DNA of 61,867 nucleotides, the filler included, from Hausera hauseri (lineage: Eukaryota): assembly GCA_046269625.1 (NCBI GenBank). It is 13 parts of 13 records of this genome, joined end to end, with 100 filler letters (N's around TTAATTAATTAA, not from the genome) between each part and the next. Parts side by side here need not be neighbours in the genome. Positions count along the whole stretch, not along the records: positions 47,296 to 51,659 come from JBJURY010616554.1; positions 51,760 to 55,907 come from JBJURY010734877.1; positions 56,008 to 61,867 come from JBJURY010178639.1; 10 more parts are not named here. One strand, given 5' to 3'. Position numbers and translations under genes: made by a program. A model generated the notes under the pieces. The model had not been told where the DNA came from and made no database searches. It worked only from the letters and a program-made list of their open reading frames with translations. Of this stretch, positions 50,191 to 61,867 are shown one piece after another; position 1 is the first letter of the stretch; each line of letters opens with the position of its first letter.

Positions 50191-51759
50191 CCCACCACAA
50201 CTCTCAACCAAGGTAAATGCTGCTAATTCTCCAACATAGGCCTACATTCTCTACCAAGTCACAACATGATGGTGATGATCATGATACCTAGACATAACAT
50301 ATCACCACCCCGTCCCATCCATTATCTCACCAACCATCACGGCAGAGCCCCATGTTATTACAAGACGTAAAAAAAGAGTTGGCAGCAATTATTTCTGGAC
50401 ACAAAATGTTAGTCATAATTTAAAAAGGCACCCTCATAAAATTCGCGTGAAAAAAAAGCCGTGACTTGTGAGTCAGCCTAAGCGATAATTTGATATCTCT
50501 TATCAATTTTTAGTGCCAGTTGCTAAAGCGTCCTGACCCGTCTCTCTATCTTCAAAATAATTACTTTTCCCCTGTCCGGGCTGGCATTCGACATCCTGTT
50601 CATCCTTACCTATCTACTCGTGCCTGGTTATAAACGAACGACAAATGTGACCGCTTTGCTTGGAAGGGGCGTAACTATCTACGAGTTTATGAATCTTCAC
50701 CCCTGTCTACAGTTTAAAAATGTGAGGTATACGAAACTATGTCACCAGCTATCTATAGCGGAACCCCAAGCTGAGGATGATGATGATATCTAGACATAAC
50801 ATACAACCCTTATAGCACCCGCCTAGATTACGTCATCAGAATTATGACGTAATCAAAATTATGATGCTCGTGCATAATAATATCTAACTACATAAAAATT
50901 ATAATACGTCATCAAAATGACGTCAAAAAATGATTATGATGATGACGATGCATAAAAACTAACTACATAAACATATATTATGTCATCACGATGACGTCAT
51001 CAAGAGGCGTCTCCCCTTACTACCCGGATACCACCTGCTGATGACACCCCAAAGAAACACCCCGACAACCCCTTTATCACTATTTACTATAATGACTGTT
51101 ATATCAATTACTATTGTATAAGAATAAATTGTCTCCCCTACTACCTGGGTATCCACTTAGCCCACCTGTCGATAACACCTCGAAGACCCATCCCCACATA
51201 TCCCTTACATAACAATACGAAAATCACAATAGTACTACAGATCAACAATCATACAACAAGTCCGCCTGCCCGGTTATCCACCTAACACACCTCTGCTGAC
51301 GACACCTACCATTATCAACGCTTACAACACAAAGAAGAAAACGGTAGCCACCCGGAACAATAATATGATGACTTTACATAATTTACTTACATAAATGTGC
51401 ACTTTAAGGATAGTAAATATTGGTAAATCCACTTTTTTTTAATTGCTAGGGCAAAAAAGGGGGAAAGTTTGGTTTTTGGTTAATAAGCTGAACAGAGTCC
51501 ATCCATAACTATTGGCAGTGGGAGATAGATGGAAGCTGTAAGGCATGGGAAATAGATTTTTCTCTCTGGAACTAATTATACAGATAGTAGCTAAGTGTGA
51601 GATCTGTGGTTTTGTTGAGAATACACTGCAGAGTGTACATATATAACTGATAAGCCACANNNNNNNNNNNNNNNNNNNNNNNNNNNNNNNNNNNNNNNNN
51701 NNNTTAATTAATTAANNNNNNNNNNNNNNNNNNNNNNNNNNNNNNNNNNNNNNNNNNNN

Positions 51760-53755
51760 ATCTGCTTCGTGAACAATTTTGTTACTTTCATTTTGAATAA
51801 ATGCGTTGATATCTGTGTCCATCAAAACGGCTTTTCTGACTGTCTTGAATGCCCGTTTTGCGATTTCACCATCAATATTCGTGTAAATGGCTTCGAGAAA
51901 ATAATTCACATTGATCGCATTTAACTCCTGTACTGCGTCCTCCAGAATACCAGCAATTTTGGATTTGTGATTTCTCATAAACTGGTTAATACTCCGGGTT
52001 TCTGCTGCATCGTGTTGTTGCGGTACAATTGTATGTTCGCGTACTCTTCGACTAAAGGCATATCTTTCTGCTACTCTTTTTCGTGGTGCCTTTTGGTGTA
52101 TATTTTGCATTGACCCTTTTTCTTTTCGTTTTCTACACTTTGTTATACCATTTGATTTTGAAGGGATTGGTGGTGGTGGTGGTGGTGATGTTAGCGGATC
52201 TGCTACAATGGATTCACCTGCTGTTGTTGATGTTGAATTTTTTGTCATGTTGATTGCTTCTTTTAAAATTTCGCGTTTTCTTCTCAACTGAGATTGACCC
52301 AGGTGTGGTCCATGTTTATGTAGAAATTCCCCGTATGTTGTTTTTTTCAGATTTTTGGCATTTGGAACAGATATTGTTTCTGTAATGTTTTATTCCATAG
52401 TTCTGCTGTCCGCTTGGCATTATCGTGTGCATGGGTTTGAACGACTGATATGATGATGATGTTGCATTAGGTGTGTATCATTGTCATGATAATATTTGAT
52501 CTGGTTTATTTGATGACGATATTATTTGTATTAACATTTTCATTTTGCTTATATCTTGAAATTGATTGATGTGTTCCTTATGTTGGGCATAAAATTCCAT
52601 ATATGGTGTGTAGTTTAGAGATCGACATACTGGATATATATATATCAATTTTTTGATTCATAATATTTTGCCATTTTCTGATGACACATCTTCGGATCAT
52701 TATATTGTGTGTTATTGCAATATTTGGTATACGTTTCACACTAATTTTTTTTAATTTATCAAATGGAGAAATTAATCTTACTTTAATCATTGTAAACGTT
52801 TTAGCTACGGTATAATAATAATAATTGATTTTGTTTCCTTATTTTATGTATTTAACACACATTGTATGGCCTTACATTACCTTTCATTTAATCTTTAACG
52901 TGTGTGCGTGTGATATAAAGAGATGCATTTTAAAGGACTTCCATAAAACCGAAAAAATAATCGATATTTTTCGAATGTATTTGTCTAAAACCGCATAAAA
53001 GTTCCTGTGTTCAAAGTTCACATGTACGTAGAAAATTTGTTTTCCTCTTCTGTACGTTGATGGAGATGCGTAAAACTTCCCGATACACATAGCCGTAATC
53101 AGCAAACGATGACCAATCGATCGAACCCAATTATGTTAGATTTCGATGAAAATTGTTTTCCATTTCCATAGGATATACCCTCTGACGATTTTCGACGTTT
53201 TCCATCGTTGTTCCGTTCGGGAATGGGTTATTTCCATTCGGACACCATTGCAGAATAGCCCGCGTCATGGGCTTTCGTTTGATATGCTACTCGACAATGG
53301 ACTCCATCATCAGTGCACACACACATGGGCGTATGTGACGTCATCGGTGCATCGTGCACCGATCTTTTCGGTTCCATTCCGCTACTCACAGGACCATTGT
53401 TAGGGGACCATTAACCATTGTTCGATAACGTTTCCCACTTCCCCACAAACCATATGTGGGTTTTGGATCACTTTTTTGCCCTCGCCCCGTGCTTCTGCGC
53501 TGCATCCGATCGACTTCGTTCCTTCGGCATTTGATGCGCCATTGTTGCTCCACATGACCGTGTACTACTTCCCTCTAACATCCTCATTTCTTCGTGCACT
53601 TCTCCTGCTTCCGGGTGCACCGTGTACCGTTATCGGTGTTTTTTGAAATTTCCGTCGCCGATTCTACCAAGCCAGTGCCTGTGTGCGCATCAAGCACGCT
53701 TCGTATTGGCTGCATGGGGGGGGGAGTGACCCAAAACCCGCATTTTTATACTACT
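51760..53755 (-). mobile_element. Polinton end with pPolB N-terminal region (ORF 52287-51760); terminus at 53755
   Basis: The ORF resembles the pPolB N-terminus (YAFSRRV..AINVNYFLEAIY..KRAFKT..TDINAFI). The minus strand starts AGTAGTATAAAAATGCGGGTTTTGGGTCACT-C(n)-ATG, similar to the 46679 terminus. Confidence 0.7.
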
Positions 53756-53871
53756 CCATAAAATCCCATCAACGGAAAGAGAGACTGGCCACATGTGCAC
53801 AAATCAAACGTCCCAACATTTATTTATTGTAAATGATCAAAAAGGTAAACAGCATTATCGAATATACATCA

Positions 53872-55236
53872 TCAATGGTCTGAAAAATGACCTTCAAATT
53901 GACCCAATGTTGGCTCCTGGGTAAAAATGAATATCGTATTCATAATAGCCAGGAAAACATAAATAACAAAAAATATTCTGTCGAATAGAACCGCCAGCTG
54001 TAGCCAATCCTGATTCGTGTTTTCTTGGTCGTGCGAAATCGGGTAGTTACTTAAAGTATCCGTTTCTTCTTTGTCAATTACTTGGGGTTGTCTTATTTCC
54101 TGGTTGATGTAATTAATGCAAAATATACAGACTGCCCGACTTCGTAATATCTTCTTCATGTATAATGGCATAGGAGATGTTGGTTTTTTTGCACTGATGT
54201 TTAACACAAATGCAGTCATCAATACTGATAGACATACCAATGCAATGGAGGTACAGAAAAATATCCCCAATGTTGGGATTCCATCCGATGTTCGGGGTAT
54301 ATTTTCTGATACTAGCAATAAGAACACAACAACAGAGAGTAAAATCGTAATACATAGATTGATTTTCTCCCCACATTCCACAGGTAGAATAAATGTTAAT
54401 GAAGATATCCAAACGAGCAGAACGCAAGGAAATATCAAGTAGACCTTTATGAACTGCGGTTTCCTCTGTAGCTTTAATCGAAATGTCACCTCTGTATATT
54501 CCAGTCCATTTCCGTCTTCTTCTGAACCAAAGTTGTAGCTTGATTTCGTATCGAATGCCGGGAATTCGAGTACAATCCATTCCCCATTACTGGCATTTTG
54601 AAACGAATGGCCCTTTGAGTTCCCTTCGTCTTTTTTCGTCAAATTAAACACTCTCGAATCTTTATTCCACGATGCAAATGTCAAATTGCATGTTTGAATA
54701 TCAAACGGAAATTTCCTAATGTCCACTCGGCAGAAACTCTTCAGCAATGCTTGGGCACCCAATTGGACAAATCCGTTGTGACGTACCCGCGCAACGGACT
54801 GGGGAAATAAATACATTCCCTCCTCGAAATTGCCATGCAATGATTGATACCAAATGAGATCTGGATGGTAGATTTCCTGCGCGGGCAACGAGATTTGGTT
54901 GATCCGATTGAATTTATGCGGGTCCCACGTTAACATGCAGTCGAACCAGCTCATCTCCATCCAGACGTCGATGGTCAGCATTTGGGTCGGCTCGTCGAGA
55001 TCAAACAGCTGATACAAATACATATCCATAAACACATGGAATTTCGTCTTGTTGTCACACACCGGCATTGCCAATGGATTGTATCCCTGTTTGAGATAAT
55101 CAATTAGTGGTAAATAAATACTCTTATTTGTCTTATTACTCCTGCTTACCGGTGCCTCATGGTCACCACCACCACATTGGACACTAACCAAATTTACACA
55201 TGTAACAAGGAAAAAACAGAAATTGAATTGTTGCAT
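53872..55236 (-). CDS. Intronless nicotinic acetylcholine receptor subunit (non-alpha type, cation-selective), about 454 aa
   Basis: Signal peptide from MQQFNF; Cys-loop CRVDIRKFPFDIQTC; four TM helices; GEKINLCITILLS; no vicinal cysteines in loop C; AATAAA at about 53823. Confidence 0.93.
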   Translation of the reverse strand: MQQFNFCFFLVTCVNLVSVQCGGGDHEAPVSRSNKTNKSIYLPLIDYLKQGYNPLAMPVCDNKTKFHVFMDMYLYQLFDLDEPTQMLTIDVWMEMSWFDCMLTWDPHKFNRINQISLPAQEIYHPDLIWYQSLHGNFEEGMYLFPQSVARVRHNGFVQLGAQALLKSFCRVDIRKFPFDIQTCNLTFASWNKDSRVFNLTKKDEGNSKGHSFQNASNGEWIVLEFPAFDTKSSYNFGSEEDGNGLEYTEVTFRLKLQRKPQFIKVYLIFPCVLLVWISSLTFILPVECGEKINLCITILLSVVVFLLLVSENIPRTSDGIPTLGIFFCTSIALVCLSVLMTAFVLNISAKKPTSPMPLYMKKILRSRAVCIFCINYINQEIRQPQVIDKEETDTLSNYPISHDQENTNQDWLQLAVLFDRIFFVIYVFLAIMNTIFIFTQEPTLGQFEGHFSDH

Positions 55237-56143
55237 TTTGTCAGCACACAATTTCAAAATTAATTTTACATTTATCACGACAATGGATGACAACAAAATT
55301 GCATCAAACTGCTCTTGTCGTTTTTCATGACGAAACAACGAATCCTCATTGAATGACAACAATCGACCAATAACAATCGACTGGGGTGACAAAAATTTCC
55401 ATCAGTCATGTTTGTCTGTGTGTTGGACTGGAGTCATATGAACAACACACACACACACACACATACGCACAGCCATTGACAGCATTCGTCAATCAGCTGT
55501 GCTTTTCGGTGGCAAATTGATCTGGTGACAGTAAAACTGCAATAACGTCATCCTATTTGAATTTCTTCGTCGATATGTGCAATTTGCAGTTGATTTATGC
55601 CTGAGTGAAAATGGAATAGTTGATAATAAAATGTGACTTCCTGTGACTTGATTGAAATTGACATTAATGGAGAAATTGATTTATTTGAAATGAATTGACT
55701 GAACTAACATTCAATAAGCGTAAATTGTTACTAGCCAGAGAAGTTTATAAATTAATGCCCTTTTATTATTATAATTATTATTCAAATTGTCGTCATTTTT
55801 GGCATGAACTTGAAATACATACATTGTCAAACGTTGTTACCGCAGGACCTTGTTTTTTTTTTGTTAACTGGTAGAGAGGTTAAATTTTTCGAAACAAAAA
55901 TGAGAACNNNNNNNNNNNNNNNNNNNNNNNNNNNNNNNNNNNNNNNNNNNNTTAATTAATTAANNNNNNNNNNNNNNNNNNNNNNNNNNNNNNNNNNNNN
56001 NNNNNNNATGTTTTCCGAATTTTAGCAATCAACAAATTCAGGAAATTCTACGTTCACGCAACAAAGGTTCTAGTAAATTATATCTCGTCAAGTTGCACGG
56101 ATACAATACACCGAGTTGGATATTGATTGATTTCTGATGAGTG

Positions 56144-57202
56144 ATGAGCATTTATTTGGTACTTCATAATAACAGATTATCAAAACATGATAACAACAAC
56201 AATACCGCTGAACGGTTTACCATGGCATTGAACCAGCCGCTCGATTTACGTCAGGGAGCCTGGGTAGTGGCTTTGACGGAATTCACATTTATATTTTCAC
56301 CAATAACAGTACGTGAGAACAGTGGAATATACTATATTCTACAAAGACAATCTCCTGCATTTAGTCCTTTGCAGTTAGTTTGAGACTCTAAGGGATTTCA
56401 CGTTCACAATTACAAGCGGCAATATATTTCGGTTTATATTTTTCATTTAAACAATCCATTGGTACTAAAACACAAACATGCGATTGAATTGCGATTTAAA
56501 TCACTAACCGACGCCCAGGCATGGAGTTTTTATTCTGCCAATGTGCGCTCGAAAGGTCTACAGCTCGGTGGACATAGTATAATTAGTGGGAAATTGAACT
56601 TTTCGGAAAACACCATGAAAACCACAAATATTACAGTAAATTGGCAAAAGACTGAATCATTCTTTTACTCTCATACAACAGGAAATGGTTTCCTTACGAA
56701 AACGGAAACAGAATTGTGCACAACCATTAAGGTAGTAGCTAAATTGGCTCTGAAGACATTCGAATTATACTTTGATGGTCGTGTTTTGTTTACACTACAT
56801 AATAATATTACATATTTTGCCTTTAATGAACTATTGGCACGGAATCTGAGTTTTAAGAAACGAGAATTCGGTTAAACCGTCGGATGGTCTATTGTTGCTA
56901 AACAAAAACCACGTCTCTATGAAGCATTTCATCGAATCAATATTTTAATGGATCTAACGGAACCCGTATATGTTGATGGAGACCGTAAAATACTACTGGC
57001 TTCTATTGGACTGGATTCGGACATGTACAAAACATCGGGAGAAACTGCTCACGTAAATTTCATCAGACCCATGTATTTACCGTTGTCTCACAATGTTGTG
57101 CACAGTATTTCCGCGTATATAGAAGACGAATTTTGGAAGCCAATTAAATTTATGTTTGGAGCCCAGATACATTTCATGCTACATTTTTGTCGTCGTCGAT
57201 AA
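56144..57202 (+). pseudogene. Polinton minor capsid (penton) gene 1
   Basis: IYLVL.NN..NNTAERFTMALNQPLDL..WVVALTEF at the N-terminus and DLTEPVYVDG..PMYLPL..IEDEFWKPIKF..LHFCRR at the C-terminus. Broken frames. Confidence 0.8.
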
Positions 57203-57250
57203 TAAACAAACTGAATCATCATTATCATCATTGAGATCACGAGTCTTTTC

Positions 57251-58200
57251 ATGGCGTTACTGAGCAATAGTTGTCCGATTGCTCGTCCGAAAAATTGGGC
57301 CAGTCAATACGCTATGGAATGGCACAATCCGTTAGATTTATCCGGAATTTAACTTTCCCTATGCACCGGTGACATTGAAAGGTAGTATGAAAATAACGTA
57401 CAACAAGACTGTTACTGAAACGAAGTCAAATTCCTGTCGTCTGACACTTACTAATAATATACTGCCTGTCTGAATCTTTCCATTTTCACGAGAGATCTAA
57501 ATAATGACGTACAAGAAGGTATACTGCGTGTTTATCTTATACAAGAAAAAGTAGTGTTTGATTCAAAATACGAATTTACTCTTAGCTTCGAGTCCAATAA
57601 AATGACGCAAAAATTTGGATTCAAAAATATAGAGCTCAAAGGTACGGTTGTTTCTGGTGATTGCGAAGTTGTACCAAGACTCAGTTTAGTATTTTACGAC
57701 ATATCGGTGAAATTTATCCTTACTGGACAAGGGATGTCTACATCAGATGTATCAATAGGCGATAATGTCTATTGTGACTCTGTAGCAGATCTCTGTCGAC
57801 ACTTTTCGTCCAACAGGTACAAAGATACATTTAAGGCTTTCATGTATGATACAAATTGCTACGAATAAAGATGTGGTTGAAATTTTGTTGAATAAAGCTT
57901 TTGCTATAGTATTGGGTTTTGAAAAATACTTAAACAAAACTGAAAATCGCACTGCATCGGATATACATATACGCCAACGTCACTGAACCGATTCTGGTGG
58001 GTGGAGTACGGATGCTACTACTCTGTTCGATTTGTTCAGAAAGTATCCGGTATACTTCTGGAGATAATGACACTGTCAAGCTCGATAATACAATATACTA
58101 TTTGTGGAAACTACATCTATAAACAATGTTGAAGTAAAATCAGATGTGACGCGAGGTATTTTATTGAATTTCCATACGCTACCACAACCTCTCTAACTCT
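57251..58200 (+). pseudogene. Polinton minor capsid (penton) paralog 2
   Basis: ALLSNSCPIARPKNWASQY..WHNPLDLSG and a later EPILVGGVRMLLL repeat the penton signature. Confidence 0.55.
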
Positions 58201-58279
58201 TCACTTACGTCGAAACCAACAATAACAACTTTATTGATTCTGAAATCGTTTCCTTTACAGTAAACCCAGAAAGCTGGTG

Positions 58280-58584
58280 AACTGTCGAATTTTGTTGGTA
58301 AAGAGTATGGCTCTGGATGGTTGTGTACATTGGCACGTTTAGCATTTCCAGTGTTGAAGCGTATTGGAGCCGAGGCAGCAAAAACAGTGCAGGATGGACT
58401 ATATGAAAACAAATCGGTTTTACCATCACTGAAGGCACATGCCTCCTCAGAAATAAAAAGCGCTGCACCGGGAGTCGTTGAATCGATCAAAAAATAATTC
58501 GCTGGTAGTGGCTTGAGAAAACGTGGTAGAGAAGCTAGCTTTTCAGCTATAAACAAACGTCGTCGTCGTACGATTTTTGATTGA
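58280..58584 (+). pseudogene. Polinton small basic core/pVII-like protein
   Basis: GSGWLCTLARLAFPVLKRIG..AGSGLRKRGR..KRRRRTIFD*, located just upstream of the MCP. Confidence 0.6.
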
Positions 58585-58598
58585 TTTAAAACAGACAA

Positions 58599-59735
58599 AT
58601 GGCATCGGCAAAGTCGGAATGGTGCATATTTGACAAAGACACGCCACAAGTTGTTATTGACAATGCAGCATTTGAAGAAATCTGCTCCGTTGATTCTGTT
58701 TCAACGGACGATAACATTGACATTAAATTTAACATTATTGCATCGGACAATGAATAACTGCATTTGAACAACAAGCTACTGTATGTAAAAGTCATTGTTA
58801 AAAAGGATGCATCAACGGTTTTCGCTGTAACAGACACTGTCAGACCAGCCAATTGCTTTTTCCTCACACTGGTCCAGGAAGCCTCACTGACTGTAAACAG
58901 TGTCAAAATTGAAGGCAACACCAGTCTATACAGTATCAAAGAATTCATTGAAACGGCTCTGAATTACAGTGCAGACACGAAAACGATTTTGACTTTTTTG
59001 ATCAGAGGAAATACCTACTACTCGGTGTTAAAGCCATAATTCGGCTCAAACGTAGCGATAATGCGTTTTGTTTTTAAACCGCAGTTGCAAATATCAAACC
59101 CATACTGAAAATAACCGAAACACGATTATACGTACGTCGTGTAAAGGTAGAACCATCCGTGCTCATTGGACATCGATTAAGCTTGGAAACACAAAATGCC
59201 TGTTACCCATTACAATGCACAGAACTAGTGTTTACACCTCACCCAACGGTTCAACTACGTTTTACAAAGATGCATTGTTTGGCGGCATGCGATTGCCAAA
59301 ATTAATGCTTGTTACATTTCAAACGACTGCTCAACAAACGGGCAGTTATACCATCGATTTGGAAACGTTTACTCATAACAATGTGAATTACATCAGTTTG
59401 GGTAAGAATGCGGGTTTCGTTTAGACATACAAGCAGGATTTTAAGACCGGCGATTATGTTTGCACACATATGCAACCTATTGTGCGCAACATGAGTTTGT
59501 TGAACAAAAATGTCAATAATGGAATATTGATGGATTTGTTCAAGTCCACCTATCTATTCTTTACCTTTGTCCTGGCTCTAGATGATGATGTTAAACAGAC
59601 TCAACTACGTCACAGGGAAACCTACGACTGGAGGTTCACTTTGCTAAAGCGTTGGAACGGTCTACCGTTATGTACATTTACGGAGTATTTTATGCCTAGG
59701 TTGAAATAACGAAAAATGAAATCGTCATTCTATAA
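58599..59735 (+). pseudogene. Polinton double-jelly-roll major capsid protein (degenerate, probably internally deleted)
   Basis: AKSEWCIF..PQVVI, IKFNI, LLYVKV, RPANCFFLTL, YSIKEFIETALNYS and RLPKLMLV. Confidence 0.85.
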
Positions 59736-59794
59736 ATAAAATCCGCTGTGTTTCACCTTTTCTTCTTCGTATTTCGAAGTAATTTATTACTATT

Positions 59795-60165
59795 ATGCTT
59801 ACATCACATTTTACATTTAGCTCCACTGAGCTCAGTCATTACGGAATACTGCTCTTGGGTGCGAAATTTCGTGGTGTGTTTCCACTGGACTGTCTGCCGC
59901 GTGATTTACGACAAACTCGTAGTGGTGGTGGTAGCAGTTTCGTTGTCAATACACGCGCCATCGTTGCCGGGCGAACACTGGATTGCTGTGTACGTCCATC
60001 CGACCATTATCAGAGTATTCGATCTGCTCGGATTTTACTATCTGTCAATTTAAAAGACAATCATCACACCGTGTTAAATATAATGGACTTCATTATCAAT
60101 ATCCAATGACTATACTATGTGGACATTACTTATTATTATGGCTTACGTTACAAACACTTTTATGA
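59795..60165 (+). pseudogene. Adenain-like cysteine protease of a Polinton
   Basis: FRGVFPLDCLP, VVNT, PGEHWIAV, VFD and Q..TILCGHY across frameshifts. Confidence 0.85.
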
Positions 60166-61379
60166 ACAATGACTAAACGATTTCTATTTTTTGAACTCTT
60201 TTGTTATGAATTTGAAATATATTATTTGTTATGGTTTTGTGATCTTAATTTATCACACGTTCGGATCGGATTTACTGTTGTACAACAGATTTGGAATGGT
60301 GGTTTAATTCACAATATACACAAATGCACATGACTACATACATCACGGATATTTTTTTAATGTCACCACCTTTATAACTATGTTATAAAAAGGCTACAAA
60401 AATTAAACATTAAAAAAGAAAAATATATTAAACAATAAAACAAACACTAACGAACTTTTTAACTGTAATCCTACGGTAAATAAATGACTTAGAATGATAG
60501 ACTATCTTATATTACTTAAATTTATATCACCAAACTTAAACAAACATATTAGCATAGTTAAAATCTGGTCCGTGATTTATTTATGTTTTATTTACGGTTA
60601 CTATTTCATTTACCAGTGAAAAAAACAATCAGAATACTGCTAGTCAATCTATCTATCATTTTGGGTTATGTCAATATAATCGGTGGAACAATTCAATCTG
60701 CACTTTTTTGTTTGTTTGAATATAGGTCAGATTTAATGTGCAGTTATTAATGCTCAGAATATCAAAACGTGTTATGCTGACAATTGTTAGAAATGCTCAC
60801 ATGTTTTAAAATGTCATGCATACAATGTGATTTGCTTAAAATGCTCACAAGTTAAGCACCAATCACGTCACAGTCACGTGATACACCCACGCGTCACGCG
60901 CAGCACGTGATCAAAGTCGCGTGATTGTCACGTGATTCGCAAAACCATGAACGCCTTTACTCCAACACATTTCATCCGGTCACACAGGCCCGACCTCTTC
61001 TATTTGACCGACTTTTCCGACTTACAGATTTACCCAACCCAGATGTAATGTACATATTTCGAACGTACGTACTGTAAACTAAAATTCCACTCATATATGT
61101 CTGCTCAAATTTTGCTTCTAGAAGTTGCTTTTTTTGCATTTCCTAGCTTTTCTTCTAGTGCTGTGGCGACGTATTCTGCACCATCGAACTCAGCGTGTGC
61201 CAATTGACCGGAAACCACGTGACTCTCACGTGAGTAGTCACACCATTCGCGTAGGCAGACCCCATCCCGCCTTTGAGTTAGAACTCTCTTTCTTCCCCTA
61301 CTCAATATTAGCACTTTCTATTGGTTCTATACGGAATGCTATCAAGGTATTATGTTATATGCAATGTATGCATTTTCTT

Positions 61380-61867
61380 ATGTTTAGAAATACAATGATT
61401 GTGGCTGAGTTAAATCAAATCGAGGAAACACGGGAAGGAAATTGAAACTAACACCCAGAGCAATGAGACATTTCAACTTATATATACGCAGGAGGCATTT
61501 CTCCTCATTTGCTAAACTCAAATGTGAGATCGCAGGGCATTATAATATTGCAGCGTGTTCCAGATCAGTAAGGAGATATTTACACAGGCTGAAAATAAAA
61601 TGTAGAAGGGCTATGAAGAAACCTCTCTTAAATGCATTCCATAGAATGGGAAGGGTCCAACGGGCTAAGAGGTTGAAAGTGAAACCTACCAGTTTCTGGA
61701 AGAAATGTATTTTTCTGATGAATGTAAAATTTGTCTTCTAGATGATAGTGTAAAAAATGAGGTGTACAGGTGTGATGGGGGCATATTTACCTCAGCATAT
61801 AAGGCCAACAGTAAAACATTGTCCTTCGGTCACTATTTTGGATACCTTTCATTTAAAGCTGTTGGTA
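61380..61867 (+). mobile_element. Tc1/mariner transposase fragment
   Basis: KLTPR, SVRRYLHR, KKPLL, R.QRAK and FWKKCIFSDEC. Confidence 0.85.

Noticed and set aside
53872-55392. nAChR as Polinton cargo, and the 506-aa start site
   Set aside because: A Polinton terminus at 53755 lies between PolB and the gene, placing the gene outside the element. The ATG at 55236 with a signal peptide is the better start.
60600-60960. Possible Tc1 left TIR and CACGTG palindrome cluster
   Set aside because: The matching right end is outside the window, so it cannot be verified.

Overview
This window is not one contiguous locus. It is 13 short contigs (about 4-6 kb each) joined by artificial N44-TTAATTAATTAA-N44 linkers. 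The DNA is mostly AT-rich animal (probably invertebrate) sequence dominated by decayed mobile elements. These include (i) seven segments of a CsRn1-like Ty3/gypsy LTR-retrotransposon group (Gag with two tandem CHCC knuckles, an A_AAA_AAC slippery site plus pseudoknot, and PR-RT-RH-IN); (ii) two other gypsy families, one with large extra ORFs after integrase; (iii) several Polinton/Maverick pieces (three protein-primed PolB fragments, a penton-penton-core-MCP-protease block and three AGTAG(T) termini); and (iv) fragments of LINE, hAT and Tc1 elements. Host genes include an intact intronless nicotinic acetylcholine receptor subunit, a short-intron mini-eIF4G (4E-binding motif plus MIF4G) and an amine-oxidase exon. 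Two patterns stand out. First, the positions where the CsRn1-like elements should have LTRs are filled by intronless, fused fragments of host genes: SETDB1 Tudor domains in one, an ankyrin-WDR35-BEACH chimera in another, and ankyrin repeats in a third. Second, two related Polinton termini are joined to two different copies of the same gypsy family about 40 bp apart within the Gag CHCC-coding segment, which suggests target-directed integration. A GC-rich phage-like fragment fused to a gypsy copy shows that some chimeric assembly or contamination is possible. All family assignments come from motif recognition by eye; no database search was run.
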